Of a DNA stretch of 64,000 bases, positions 35,749-48,500 are shown in pieces (position 1 is the first letter of the stretch; each line of letters opens with the position of its first letter). The stretch is taken from the NCBI GenBank assembly GCA_963696615.1, contig CAVOKU010000003.1, forward strand, positions 537,552-601,551, read 5' to 3'. Both the position numbers and the translations under genes were made by a program. The notes beneath the pieces were generated by a model, which did not search any database, was not told the DNA's origin, and worked only from the letters and a program-made list of their open reading frames with translations. The stretch comes from an uncultured Solirubrobacterales bacterium. GTDB taxonomy: Bacteria > Actinomycetota > Thermoleophilia > Solirubrobacterales > Solirubrobacteraceae.

Positions 35749-37314
35749 GTGGAGGTCTCAGCACTAACACACAAGGGGATGCCGGGCCTCACGGGCCCGT
35801 CCCCGCTGCTTCGACTGCAGTCGGATGAGCGTCTGATCGCGCTCACCCGCCGCGGTCAGCAGGCCGCCTTCGAGGTGCTGTTCTCCCGCTACCAGTCGCG
35901 GTTGCTCGCGTTCTGCAGGCACATGCTGGGGTCCAAGGAGGACGCCGAGGACGTGCTGCAGGAGGTCTTCACCGCCGCCTTCAACGCGATCCTCGCCGAC
36001 GAGCGCGCGATCAACGTCAGGCCGTGGCTGTACCGAATCGCTCGCAACCGCTCGCTCAACCACCTGCGCCGCGCCACCGCGATCGGCGTCGACTCGATGG
36101 ACGTCCACTTCGCCGACCACGGCATGTCCACCAGCGAGCGGGTGATGCGGCGGGAGAGCTTCAGACAGCTTCTCGGGGATGTCAACGAGCTTCCCGAGAC
36201 GCAGCGCACGGCGCTGCTGCTGCGGGAGATCGACGCGCTCTCCTATGACCAGATCGCCGACGCGATGGAGACCACCGTGCCCTCGGTGAAGTCTTTGCTC
36301 GTTCGCGCCCGGATCTCGCTCGCGGAGGCCGCCGAGGCGCGCCAGCTCAGCTGCGACGAAGTGAGGCTGCAGCTCGGCGAAACGGCCGAGGGGCTCGGCA
36401 AGCTCACCTCGCCCGCTCGCCGCCACGTGCGCGGATGCGAACGGTGCCGCGGCTTCAAGAAACAGCTCAAGGCCAACAACCACGCGCTCGCTGCGATCTT
36501 CCCCGTGGGGACGCTGTTCCTCGCCAAGAAACTGCTGCTCGCCAAGCTCGGCTCGACCGCGTCGGCGGGCAGTGCGCACGTCGGCGCCGGCGCCGGAGCG
36601 ACCGCGGCTGGCACCGCGGGAGCGGGTGCGGCCGCGAGTGCGGGCAGCGCGGCCGGCGGCATCCTCACGGCTGGCGCCGGAGCGATCGCCACGAAGGCCG
36701 TCGCCGGGCTCGCCGCCGCGGCGATCGTCACCGCCGGTGCCGTGGAGGCCGGTCACACGGGCAGGGCCCGCCATCATCACGCACCGCTGGCCAGCGCCGC
36801 CGTGGCGGTCCACGCGGCGACCCCCGAACCTGTAGTGGTGGGCACGCACATCCAGCCGGTGACCACCGTGGTGCACCACCGCACGCCGCTGGCCTCGGCC
36901 CACCGCCTCTCCGCCGCCGCCAAAGCCGCCGTGCCGGTCACGAGCAACCCCTCGACGACCGCCCCGACCGATCCGACCGCGGTCAGGCCGACCCTCGCGC
37001 CTGCGCCGAAGGTGCCCGTCAGCCAGGTCACCCAGGTCACCGCAGAGACGACCGTGCTGCCCACCACAGCGACCAGCGACACCGCTGCGCCGCCTGCGCC
37101 CACCGCCGAAGCAACCGATCCAGCTGCGAGCACCGGCGGCACGCCCTCGCCGCCCGCCGAAGCCGCCGCTCCGCCGACCGAAGCCCCGCCCACCGAACCC
37201 GTCCCGACCCCACCGGTCGAACAGGGCACGAGCCCGGGGTCGCCGCCATCGGGTGGCACGGGCGGTGCACAGGAACAGCCGGCCGGCGTGACGGACCCCG
37301 AAGGCGGCGAATAG
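35749..37314 (+). CDS. ECF sigma-70 factor fused to a ZAS (Hx3Cx2C) motif, a TM helix and a Pro/Thr-rich tail
   Basis: Region 2 DAEDVLQEVF...PWLYRIARN; region 4 LPETQRTALLLRE...VKSLLVRAR; RHVRGCERC. Confidence 0.9.
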   Translation: MEVSALTHKGMPGLTGPSPLLRLQSDERLIALTRRGQQAAFEVLFSRYQSRLLAFCRHMLGSKEDAEDVLQEVFTAAFNAILADERAINVRPWLYRIARNRSLNHLRRATAIGVDSMDVHFADHGMSTSERVMRRESFRQLLGDVNELPETQRTALLLREIDALSYDQIADAMETTVPSVKSLLVRARISLAEAAEARQLSCDEVRLQLGETAEGLGKLTSPARRHVRGCERCRGFKKQLKANNHALAAIFPVGTLFLAKKLLLAKLGSTASAGSAHVGAGAGATAAGTAGAGAAASAGSAAGGILTAGAGAIATKAVAGLAAAAIVTAGAVEAGHTGRARHHHAPLASAAVAVHAATPEPVVVGTHIQPVTTVVHHRTPLASAHRLSAAAKAAVPVTSNPSTTAPTDPTAVRPTLAPAPKVPVSQVTQVTAETTVLPTTATSDTAAPPAPTAEATDPAASTGGTPSPPAEAAAPPTEAPPTEPVPTPPVEQGTSPGSPPSGGTGGAQEQPAGVTDPEGGE

Positions 37315-37317
37315 CAC

Positions 37318-37968
37318 CTATTCGATCGTGAACGTCTCCAGGGGACGTTCGAGCACGCCCGCCGTCCCCACCTCCACCGGTGCGTTGACCTGGGAGTTCG
37401 CGCCCGGCGAGGTGAGCATCACGATGCGCACCCCCGCACGGGGATGGGGCCGTTCTGGGAGGAGCAGGATGTCCCGTCCGAAGACCCTGCGGCCTTCGAT
37501 CCGGGCGCTGTAGAAGATCGTGTAGGCGGGAACGGTGTTCACGCGCGTCTTGCCCTCGCCGCGCAGCACGAAGCCCGCATAGCGGCGGCGCAGACCTTCG
37601 ATGTATGCGCTGGCGTACAGCGGGAGCTCGCCGTTGACTGCGCCCGAGTAGGGCGGCAGCAGCAGCGGCCCGACAGCGAAGGAGTCCTTCAGATGCCCGT
37701 TGTGGTCCAGGCGGTGGACCCGCACGAACTCGCCCGGTGCCGGCGTGGTGCGGTAGAGGTCGCGATAGCTGAAGCTGAACGGAGCCGGCCCGCCGTGGGA
37801 GTAGTGGGCGTTCTCGAGCGTGAGCGCCGCGCCGACCACCACCGCCAGCAGCGCGATCGCGGCGGCGATGATCAGCATCCGTATCGGCCGTCGTGCCTCG
37901 CGCCAGCGGGGCGCTAGCACCTGGCCGAGCGTCGGGCCGTACTGCGGCTTGAGCGGGATCGCGGCCAT
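37318..37968 (-). CDS. Hypothetical membrane-anchored protein
   Basis: Single N-terminal TM helix; GC3-rich frame; operon context. Confidence 0.75.
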   Translation of the reverse strand: MAAIPLKPQYGPTLGQVLAPRWREARRPIRMLIIAAAIALLAVVVGAALTLENAHYSHGGPAPFSFSYRDLYRTTPAPGEFVRVHRLDHNGHLKDSFAVGPLLLPPYSGAVNGELPLYASAYIEGLRRRYAGFVLRGEGKTRVNTVPAYTIFYSARIEGRRVFGRDILLLPERPHPRAGVRIVMLTSPGANSQVNAPVEVGTAGVLERPLETFTIE

Positions 37969-37974
37969 CGCGGC

Positions 37975-38256
37975 CTACTCGCCGAGTGAGAAGAGCGCTT
38001 CCAGGTCGTGGCGGGAGTAGGCAGCGAAGGCGACCATCGTCTGTGTGCGACTGACGCCCGACAGCCCACCGATCTCGCCCGTGACCACGTCCGCCAGCTG
38101 CTCGTGGTCGGGGACCCTCACGATCGCCACGAAGTCCCACTCGCCGGTGACCGAGTACGCCTCCGCCACCCCCTCGATGTCAGCCAGCGCCCCACCGAGG
38201 TCAGACAGAGCGTCGCGCTCGGCCTCGATCAGCACCACCGCGTTGGTCATCGTCAT
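37975..38256 (-). CDS. Lrp/AsnC ligand-binding (RAM) domain protein
   Basis: EAYSVTGEWDFVAIVRV...GVSRTQT. Confidence 0.9.
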   Translation of the reverse strand: MTMTNAVVLIEAERDALSDLGGALADIEGVAEAYSVTGEWDFVAIVRVPDHEQLADVVTGEIGGLSGVSRTQTMVAFAAYSRHDLEALFSLGE

Positions 38257-38933
38257 GGCGAGTGTCGCTCCCCGGGATCCAGCACCACGACCTCGCTGAC
38301 TCCGGCCGACTCCACGTCGCGCTTGAACGCCTGGGCGTCGGTCTCGATCAGCGGAAAGGTGTCGTAGTGGCAGGGGATGATCTGCCTGGCTCCGATCAGG
38401 CGAGCGGCCTCGACGGCGTCGTGGCGGTCCATCGTGTAGTGGCCGCCGATGCACATCAGCGCCACGTCGATCCTCCCCGCGCGCCTGGCGATCAGCTCCA
38501 GGTCGGAGAACAGCGCGGTGTCGCCGAGGTGGTAGATCGTCTTGCCGGCGTACTCGACGATCAGACCCGCCGGAACGTTGACGGCCCCTTTCGGGGTGGT
38601 CGATGTGTGCCAGGCGGGCACGAGCTTGACCGAGCCCCAGTCGAAGGACACGGTGCCGCCGAGGTTGGGGTCGTGCACGCTCTGCACCCCGTCGGCGGAG
38701 AGCTCGTTGGCGATCTCCACGATCGCCACCACGTCGCTGGAGGCGCGGGTGGCGATCGCGACGGTGTCGCCGATGTGGTCAGCGTGACCGTGGGTGAGCA
38801 GGATCGCCTGCGGGCTCAGCTCCTCGGCAGCGGCGGCTGCACGCGGGTTGCCTGTGAGGAACGGGTCGATGAGCACCGTGCTCGAGCCCTCGCTGAGCTC
38901 GAACGCCGCATGGCCGAGGAACCTGATCTCCAT
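38253..38933 (-). CDS. Metal-dependent hydrolase, MBL fold (UPF0173-like)
   Basis: FLGHAAF, IDPFL, LTHGHADH, YHLGDT and IPCHY motifs. Confidence 0.93.
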   Translation of the reverse strand: MEIRFLGHAAFELSEGSSTVLIDPFLTGNPRAAAAAEELSPQAILLTHGHADHIGDTVAIATRASSDVVAIVEIANELSADGVQSVHDPNLGGTVSFDWGSVKLVPAWHTSTTPKGAVNVPAGLIVEYAGKTIYHLGDTALFSDLELIARRAGRIDVALMCIGGHYTMDRHDAVEAARLIGARQIIPCHYDTFPLIETDAQAFKRDVESAGVSEVVVLDPGERHSP

Positions 38934-39033
38934 CGTGGCTGCTCCTGTGATCGAGGGTGGCTGGGGCCTGGCAGGCACAATCATATGAGCCTCGCGCCGG
39001 CGGACCGCCGGACCCGGATGCGGCTCGCTGCGG

Positions 39034-39831
39034 CTAGACCTCGGGCGCGTCGGTCAGGTGCAGGCCCAATCCGAGCACGAGGCCGACGGCCAGCCCCGTC
39101 ACACCCGCCAGCCAGCTCACCTCGGGGCGGGCGTAGGGGATCAGCAGCAGCGTGAACGCGATCGCTCCCGCGCCGAGCAGGTCGCCCTCGTAGTAGCAGC
39201 CCCGCCGAGCCGACTGGAGATCCGGTACGGCCCATGCCCCGAGCAGGGCAAGTGCCGCCCCGTTGGCCCCGCTGACGACGGGCAGCGGATATGCGGCGAG
39301 TGCCGCTAGCGCGCCCGTAACGCCTCCGCCGAAGAACACCACCAGCGTGACCGCCAGGCCCCGGCGGCGCTCGAGCAGCCAGCCGAACAGCGCGGTGGCG
39401 AGCAGCGCGACGAACGCGTAGATGCCGTTGTGGTAGGCGAACTGGCTCGAGATCAGCCGCCACCAGTCGCCGTGCAGCGGCCCGATGATCGCGAGTTTCG
39501 CGAAGCTCACGTAGCCGGCCCACACCACTCCCCAGGCGCCCGCGCCGGCGGCCACCAACGCGATAGTCGCATACGGCGGATGCTCACCGCGCACGCGATC
39601 TGAACGGCGCGAGAGCAGTCCGTTCTGCCTGCGCCCGACGGACACCTTCGAGCGCGACAGCACCGGGCGGCGCACGAGCCGACTGAGCGCGCCGCCACGG
39701 CTGCGGGCGCGCGGCAGCTTCGGCGCACGCTGGCGGAGACGATGGCCGCAGTAGGGGCACTCGGTGATGTACGGGCTGACCTCCGACCCGCACTGCTTGC
39801 ACACCACGAACAGGTCCGCTCCGGGAGGCAT
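39034..39831 (-). CDS. Zinc-ribbon plus rhomboid-fold membrane protein lacking the catalytic dyad
   Basis: CKQC...CPYC; WWRLISSQF; GANG instead of GASG; SWLAG instead of S-x-x-AH. Confidence 0.8.
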   Translation of the reverse strand: MPPGADLFVVCKQCGSEVSPYITECPYCGHRLRQRAPKLPRARSRGGALSRLVRRPVLSRSKVSVGRRQNGLLSRRSDRVRGEHPPYATIALVAAGAGAWGVVWAGYVSFAKLAIIGPLHGDWWRLISSQFAYHNGIYAFVALLATALFGWLLERRRGLAVTLVVFFGGGVTGALAALAAYPLPVVSGANGAALALLGAWAVPDLQSARRGCYYEGDLLGAGAIAFTLLLIPYARPEVSWLAGVTGLAVGLVLGLGLHLTDAPEV

Positions 39832-39926
39832 CGTCCCCATTCTAAGGACCCCCCGCTCACCCCCTGGCGAGTCGCCCCGCCCCGGCTGGCGTAGCTGGGC
39901 GAACCAGGCTTTGGGATACTCAGGCC

Positions 39927-40853
39927 ATGACACCAGGCTACGACCAGAAGCTGTACATCCTCGCGTTCGACCACCGCGGCTCGTTCCAGAAGAAGTTCTT
40001 CGGCATCGAAGGCGATCCCGACGGCGAGCAGACGGCGATGATCGCCGACGCCAAGCATCTGATCTTCGAGGGTCTCGCCCAGGCGGTGACGGCGGGCGCA
40101 GATCCGGCCGTGACCGGGGTGCTGGTCGACGAGCAGTTCGGTTCGACCGTCCCCCAGGAGGCTCGCGAGAAGGGCCTGAAGCTGGCGATGCCGGCCGAGC
40201 GATCGGGCCAGAGCATGTTCGACTTCCAGTACGGCGATGACTTCGCCGCACACATCGAGAAGTTCGACCCCGACTTCACGAAGGTGCTCGTGCGCTACAA
40301 CCCCGACGGATCCACCGAGGACAACGAGGGGCAGCTGACGCGACTGAAGCGGCTGTCCGACTGGCTCGTGCGCCACGACCGCAGGTTCCTGTTCGAGCTG
40401 CTGGTGCCCGCCGAGGAGGACCAGCTGCGGGCCGTCGGCGGGGACGCCGCGCGCTACGATGCCGAGCTGCGTCCCGAGCTGATGCGTCGCGCGATCGCCG
40501 AGATCCAGGACGCGGGCATCGAGGTGGACATCTGGAAGATCGAGGGGGTCGACGAGCGTCCGGACTGCGAGATGCTGGTCGCCCAGGCACGTTCGGGCGG
40601 GCGCGAGCAGGTCGTCTGCGTCGTGCTCGGCCGCGGCGCCAACGACGAGAAGGTCGACCACTGGCTCAGACAGGCCGCCCCGGTCGACGGCTTCGTCGGC
40701 TTCGCGATCGGCCGATCGATCTGGTGGGACCCGCTGAAAGCGTACGTCGACGGCAAGATCGAGCGCTCCGCCGGCGCCCGCAAGGTCGCCGAAAACTACC
40801 TCCGGTTCGTCAAGGTCTACGAGGGCGCCGAGACCGAGGCGCCGGTCGGCTAG
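39927..40853 (+). CDS. DUF2090/IolC-C-terminal-like class I aldolase fold
   Basis: LYILAFDHRGSF, KVLVRYNP, IWKIEG, VLGRG and GFAIGRSIW motifs. Confidence 0.85.
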   Translation: MTPGYDQKLYILAFDHRGSFQKKFFGIEGDPDGEQTAMIADAKHLIFEGLAQAVTAGADPAVTGVLVDEQFGSTVPQEAREKGLKLAMPAERSGQSMFDFQYGDDFAAHIEKFDPDFTKVLVRYNPDGSTEDNEGQLTRLKRLSDWLVRHDRRFLFELLVPAEEDQLRAVGGDAARYDAELRPELMRRAIAEIQDAGIEVDIWKIEGVDERPDCEMLVAQARSGGREQVVCVVLGRGANDEKVDHWLRQAAPVDGFVGFAIGRSIWWDPLKAYVDGKIERSAGARKVAENYLRFVKVYEGAETEAPVG

Positions 40854-40868
40854 GGGGCGGGCTCATTC

Positions 40869-41108
40869 ATGAAAATGCGCCAGAGCCTCGCCGAGCTGGA
40901 GCATGCGTTCGCGAAGGAGATCTCGCTCGACCGTCACCGGCGGGAGTCGCTGCGACGGACGACCGAGCAGCGCGCGCACAAACGCGAGGTCGACCGTCGC
41001 CACAAGCGTGGCTCGGTGCGGTTCATCCTGCTCGTGCTGGCGCTGATGCTGACCGCGGCGGTCGTCACCGTCGTGATGTTCCGCACCCTCTACCTGCTGC
41101 TGGGCTAG
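40869..41108 (+). CDS. Small hypothetical protein with C-terminal TM helix
   Basis: Charged helix followed by FILLVLALMLTAAVVTVVMF. Confidence 0.7.
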   Translation: MKMRQSLAELEHAFAKEISLDRHRRESLRRTTEQRAHKREVDRRHKRGSVRFILLVLALMLTAAVVTVVMFRTLYLLLG

Positions 41109-41116
41109 CGACGTCA

Positions 41117-41380
41117 CTAGTCGGCGTCGCTGCGCTCGGGGGGGCGCTGATGGGTGCGGGTGGTCGGCTCGCGCCGGCTCGCCGGGGTCGTCCTCTCGCC
41201 CCCAGCCTCGGCGTCCCCGTCGCGATGTATCTCGAGGTAGATCTCGGTGCGAAACACGGGAACGTCCTGCGGCGCCCGAATGCCGATGCGCACCTTGTCG
41301 CCCATGACCGACAGCACCGAGACCTCGACGTCGTCCCCGATCATGATGCTCTGATTGGACTTGCGTGTCAGCACCAGCAT
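41117..41380 (-). CDS. csrA: Carbon storage regulator CsrA
   Basis: [23 protein letters not shown]...[18 protein letters not shown]. Confidence 0.95.
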   Translation of the reverse strand: MLVLTRKSNQSIMIGDDVEVSVLSVMGDKVRIGIRAPQDVPVFRTEIYLEIHRDGDAEAGGERTTPASRREPTTRTHQRPPERSDAD

Positions 41381-41574
41381 GCCGCGCACCTTCCTCTTTA
41401 GAACAAGCACCCCGCGGAATGGCCGCAGCCGCGCAAGTTGGAGCAAGCATAGTCGCAGTGTCGGTCGAACGCGACACCGGTCTCGAGGCGGGGTTCGATG
41501 CCGACGCCAGCAATCCTTGCGCGGATCCACGCGACCTGCGCGGGTCCCGTATGCGCTAGTCTCCCGGACCGTCG

Positions 41575-42147
41575 ATGGCCCGCAAGTCGCTACGTCCGCA
41601 CCTCAATCAGATCCGCCTCTGGGTTCGCCAGGGTCGCACCGACGCATGGGTGGCTCATCAGCTCGAGGTCACCGTCCGCGACATCGAGCACTTCAAGCGC
41701 GAGAACGATCTCGTCAGCGACGGCAAGTCCCTGGAGGGCGCGACACAGGCCGACTTCCAGGATGAAGTCGACCTGCGTGCCGAGGATGACGCGCTGATCG
41801 CCGCCGAGCTGGAGGCGGCCGAGCTCGAGGCCGCCGAAGCCCGCGCCGAGCGCGAGAAGGAGCGCGAGGAGGATCAGGAGGAGGAACCGGACGAGGAGGG
41901 CGACGGCGAGGAGGATCGTCCCCGCTCGCGCCGTCGGGGTCGACGCGGCGGACGGCGCCGCTCCTCTCGCAGCTCCGGCCCCCTGGAGGGCACGTTCGAC
42001 CACGGCGAGGAGGGCTACGGCCTGTGGCTGGACCCGGCCGTCCAGGACAACCCGATATACGCCGAGCATTGGGCCGGACACCGCCCCGTCGAGGTGGCGA
42101 TCGAGGAGGACCAGATCGTCATCCGTCGCGTCGACGACGAGACCTAG
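41575..42147 (+). CDS. Hypothetical protein: HTH-like N-terminus, acidic/Arg-rich linker, beta-rich C-terminal domain
   Basis: [17 protein letters not shown]; E/D-rich then R-rich stretch; GYGLWLDP...[14 protein letters not shown]. Confidence 0.75.
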   Translation: MARKSLRPHLNQIRLWVRQGRTDAWVAHQLEVTVRDIEHFKRENDLVSDGKSLEGATQADFQDEVDLRAEDDALIAAELEAAELEAAEARAEREKEREEDQEEEPDEEGDGEEDRPRSRRRGRRGGRRRSSRSSGPLEGTFDHGEEGYGLWLDPAVQDNPIYAEHWAGHRPVEVAIEEDQIVIRRVDDET

Positions 42148-42198
42148 CGCCGGAGCACAGCGCCCGGCCTGGCGTGCCCGAAGGCCGCAGCGCGGGCT

Positions 42199-42528
42199 CT
42201 ACGCCTCGCTCAGGGCACGCTTGCCGCCGGCGAAGTCGGCGGCCTCCCGCAGGTAGCGACCGAACGCGGCGTCGACCACCACGCGCGACTCCCACGCCCA
42301 TGGCGCGTCGGGCGCCAGCGTCATCGCGATCTGCATGCACCACCCTGTGCCCGCGGCGTACAGCTCGAGCAGCTCCGCCACCGTGAACCGTCCTCCCAGG
42401 CGTCTGCGGAGCTCGCCCACGAGCTCGCCGACGACGCGCTCGAGCGCGGCGACCCGCTCCGATGGGGCTTCCCGCAGAAGCTGCTCACCGCGGCGCCACT
42501 CATAGATCGCGTTCTCGAACGCCGTCAC
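42199..42528 (-). CDS. Hypothetical protein
   Basis: GC3-rich frame; TAGCCT -10 element 7 nt before the GTG. Confidence 0.75.
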   Translation of the reverse strand: MTAFENAIYEWRRGEQLLREAPSERVAALERVVGELVGELRRRLGGRFTVAELLELYAAGTGWCMQIAMTLAPDAPWAWESRVVVDAAFGRYLREAADFAGGKRALSEA

Positions 42529-42561
42529 CGGGGCGAGGCTAGCAGCGTGCGCAGGAGCGCT

Positions 42562-42903
42562 TCAGTTGCTCGGCAGCCCGGCGACGACGTAGGGCTGCTC
42601 GCCGGGGTTCATCATGTTCAGCTGCCGCGCCTCCCCTTCGACGGTACCCTGCCGGGCAAGCGCTTGGTGACGGCGCTGCAGCTGCGTGTGTTCGTGCTCC
42701 AGAGCCACCAGCTGAGCGCTGTCGCCTCGCGCCTCACGCCAGGTCTCGAACAGCCGCACGCCCGCGCTGAGGTACAGGTACAGCAACGCGGCAAGCACGC
42801 ACAGCATCGCGACTCTGCCGATCCGGTCCCAGCGCACGCGGCCGATCGAGCCGGCGCCGGAGACCGGCGCTCGCCGGGACGCGGAGGCTTGAGCGGGAGC
42901 CAT
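42562..42903 (-). CDS. Septum formation initiator (DivIC/FtsB-like)
   Basis: TM helix, coiled coil, EARQLNMMNPGE; directly downstream of eno. Confidence 0.85.
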   Translation of the reverse strand: MAPAQASASRRAPVSGAGSIGRVRWDRIGRVAMLCVLAALLYLYLSAGVRLFETWREARGDSAQLVALEHEHTQLQRRHQALARQGTVEGEARQLNMMNPGEQPYVVAGLPSN

Positions 42904-42983
42904 CGCTGGTCCTTTCGCGTCCCGGACCGCGATCCCTGCACGCACGCCCGGTCGGCCGATCGCGGCTTGTCGGCCGGCGCCGC

Positions 42984-45468
<2,485 letters not shown>

Positions 45469-45557
45469 GACGCGGGCACTCTAGCGGAAAACGCTGTACC
45501 CGTGGTTAAGGAGTTTCTGAAGGCAGCCACAGCCCCTGGAGCGCCGGGACCCCGGCC

Positions 45558-48500
45558 TCAGGCCGCCTCGCGCGCGAGCGAGAGCAGCACGTCGGCTGCC
45601 TTCACGACCGTCGGAAAGCGAGCCGGACCCTCCCGTGGCACCCGCACGGAGACCTGCGAGCGGCCGGACTCGTACAGCGCCTCGGGGAGCTGCTCGCGCA
45701 GTCGCCGCGCCCGCGCCGCGTCGAGCTCGATCGGCGTCACCGCGAGCCGGTCACCGCGGAAGCTGACCGCCGAGGCGCCCGCCTGGCCGAACTTGATCCG
45801 AGCCCGCTGCAGCGCCAGCAGGTTCGACAGCGGCTCGGGCACCGGGCCGAACCGATCCTCCAGGTCCTCGGCCAGGCGCTGCACTTCGGCGACCTCCAGC
45901 GCCCCCGCGATACGACGGTGGATCTCGATCTTCGCCTGCTCGTAGGGGACGTAGTCGGCGGGCACGTAGGCGTCCACGTTGACGTCCAGTCGCACCGGCT
46001 CGGGCAGCTCCGCCTCGCCCGCGCCGTCCTCGCCGGCGCGTGTCTCGGCCGCGGCCACGGCCTCGTCGAGCATCTGCATGTAGAGCTCGAAGCCAAGCGC
46101 GGCGACGTGGCCGGACTGCTCGTCGCCGAGCAGGTTGCCGGCGCCCCGCAGCTCGAGGTCGCGCATCGCGATCTTGAATCCCGCACCGAGCTCGGTGTAG
46201 TCCGACAGCGCCGCCAGGCGCTGGGCGGCATCGGGGGTGAGCGCGGCGGCGGAGTCGTACAGCAGGTAGGCGAACGCCCGCTCGCGGCTGCGCCCCACCC
46301 GACCGCGGATCTGGTAGAGCTGGGACAGGCCGAAGCTGTCGGCGTGCTCGACCAGCAGCGTGTTGGCCTGGGGGATGTCGATCCCCGACTCGATGATCGA
46401 CGTGCACACCAGCACGTCCGATCCTCCACGCAGGTAATCCATCATCACCGCCTCGAGCTCCCCCTCGGCCATCTGACCGTGCGCCACCGCGAAGCGCACC
46501 GCAGGGCACAGCGCCCGCAGCCGCTCGGCCGTCTCGTCGATCGACTCGACCCGGTTGTGCAGGAAGAACGCCTGCCCGTCACGTTCGTGCTCGCGCATGA
46601 TCGCGCGCTTGACCAGCTCCTCCTCGTACTCGCCCACGTAGGTGCGCACCGGCTTGCGTCCTTCCGGCGGCGTCTCGATCACAGAGATCTCCCGCAGGCC
46701 CGCGAGCGACATCTGCAGCGTCCGCGGAATCGGCGTGGCGGACATCGAGATCACGTCCACTCTGAGCTTCAGCTGGCGCAGCAGCTCCTTCTGCTTGACG
46801 CCGAACCGCTGCTCCTCGTCCACCACCAGCAGCCCCAGATCCTTGGCCCGCACGTCGCGCGAGAGCACACGATGGGTGCCGATCAGGATGTCCACCCGCC
46901 CCTGGGCGAATCCCGCGATCGCCTCCCGCTGCTCGGCCTGGGAGCGAAAGCGCGACACGTGGTCGACGTTGATCGGGTAGTCAGCGAGACGCTCGGCGAA
47001 GGTGCCGTAGTGCTGCTGGGCGAGGATCGTGGTGGGCGCTAGCATCAACACCTGCTTGCCCTCGCCGGCGGCCTTGAACGCGGCGCGCAGAGCCACCTCG
47101 GTCTTGCCGTAGCCGACGTCCCCGCAGATCAGCCGGTCCATCGGGCGGGGGGCTTCCATGTCGGCCTTGACGAGTTCGATCGCCTCCAGCTGGTCGGCGG
47201 TCTCGTTGAACGGGAAGCGAGCCTCGAACTCCCGCTGCCAGTCGGAGTCGGGCTCGAACGCGTGGCCGGCCCGCCGCCGGCGCTCGGCATACAGGCTCAG
47301 CAGCTCCCCGGCGAGCTCCTGGGCGGCGCGCCGGGCGCGCGACTTCATCGTCTCCCAGCGGGTGCCGCCGAGCTTGGACAGGGGCGGGTGCTCGGCGCCC
47401 GCTCCGAGGTAGCGCGAGATCTTCGCCAGCTGCTCGGTGGGCACGTAGACGCGATCGTCGCCCTGATATTCGAGGTACAGGTAGTCCCGCGTGACCGACG
47501 CAACGGTGCGGGTCTCGAAGCCCGCGAAGCGTGCGACGCCGTGATCCTCGTGCACGACGATGTCGCCGGTACGCAGGTCGCTGAACGAGCGCAGCGCCCC
47601 CCGGCGCAGGCGCGCCGATCGGCGGTCCGCGCCCGCCGGCGCATCCGCGCCCCCGCCACGCTGGGTGCGGCGGCGACGCAGCAGGCGATGCTCGGGGAAC
47701 ACCGCGAGGCCGAGCTGCGGAGCGATGAAGCCCTCCCGCAGCGACGCCTCGGCGAAACGCAACGAGGACTCCAGCGGGACCGCGCCGGCGTCGAGGTCCT
47801 CGCCGAGCCAACCGGCTTTCAGACGTCCGAGGTTGTAGGCGGTGCGTTCCCCCTCGCCGCGGCGGGGGAACGTGACGATCGTGCGGTAGCCCGACCGCAC
47901 GAGCTTCTCGAGCTCCGGCTCAGCCTCGGCCAGCGAGCGGGCGGCGGTGTCGGCCGCCTGGGCGCGAAGCTCGATCGCCTGATCGCTCGCGAGCGACGAG
48001 AGCCAGATTCGCGCACGATCGGCGAGCGCCGACTCGATCTCCTGCGGGCTCACGTACAGGTGATCGGCGTCGGCGTCGGCGAACGCGGCGGTGACGTCGC
48101 TCCAGTGATCGCCGAGCGCCGGCGCGAGCTCCTCCTCGGCCGCCACCAGCAGCTCGGTGGCGTCCCCCACGAGGTCCAGCAGCGCGCCGAAGCGCTCGAC
48201 CGGCAGCAGCTCGGCGATGTCCGGGCGCTCGCGGCGCGCTCGATCCTGCCCCGCCGCCCGGTCGTGCGAGCGGGGTGGATCCTCACGGGTGGAGCCGAGA
48301 TCCAGAGCGGCCAGCTCGGCGAGCTCGCGATGCTCCAGCGCAAGCTCTGCGGCGGGGGCGATCTCGACCTGCTCGACATCGCCCAGCGAGCGCTGCGTGA
48401 ACGTCGAGAACCACCGCAGCGACTCGATCTCGATGTCGAACATGTCGACCCGCACCGCGTGATCCTCGGTCGCGGGAAACACGTCCAGGAGGCCTCCCCG

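Noticed and set aside
36900-37314. Tandem repeats in the sigma-factor tail
   Set aside because: Simple Pro/Thr/Ala/Glu low-complexity coding sequence (PTEAP-like), not a DNA repeat element
41455-41515. tRNA-like GGGTTCGATGCC near csrA
   Set aside because: No cloverleaf can be built; only an isolated GTGTCG/CGACAC hairpin
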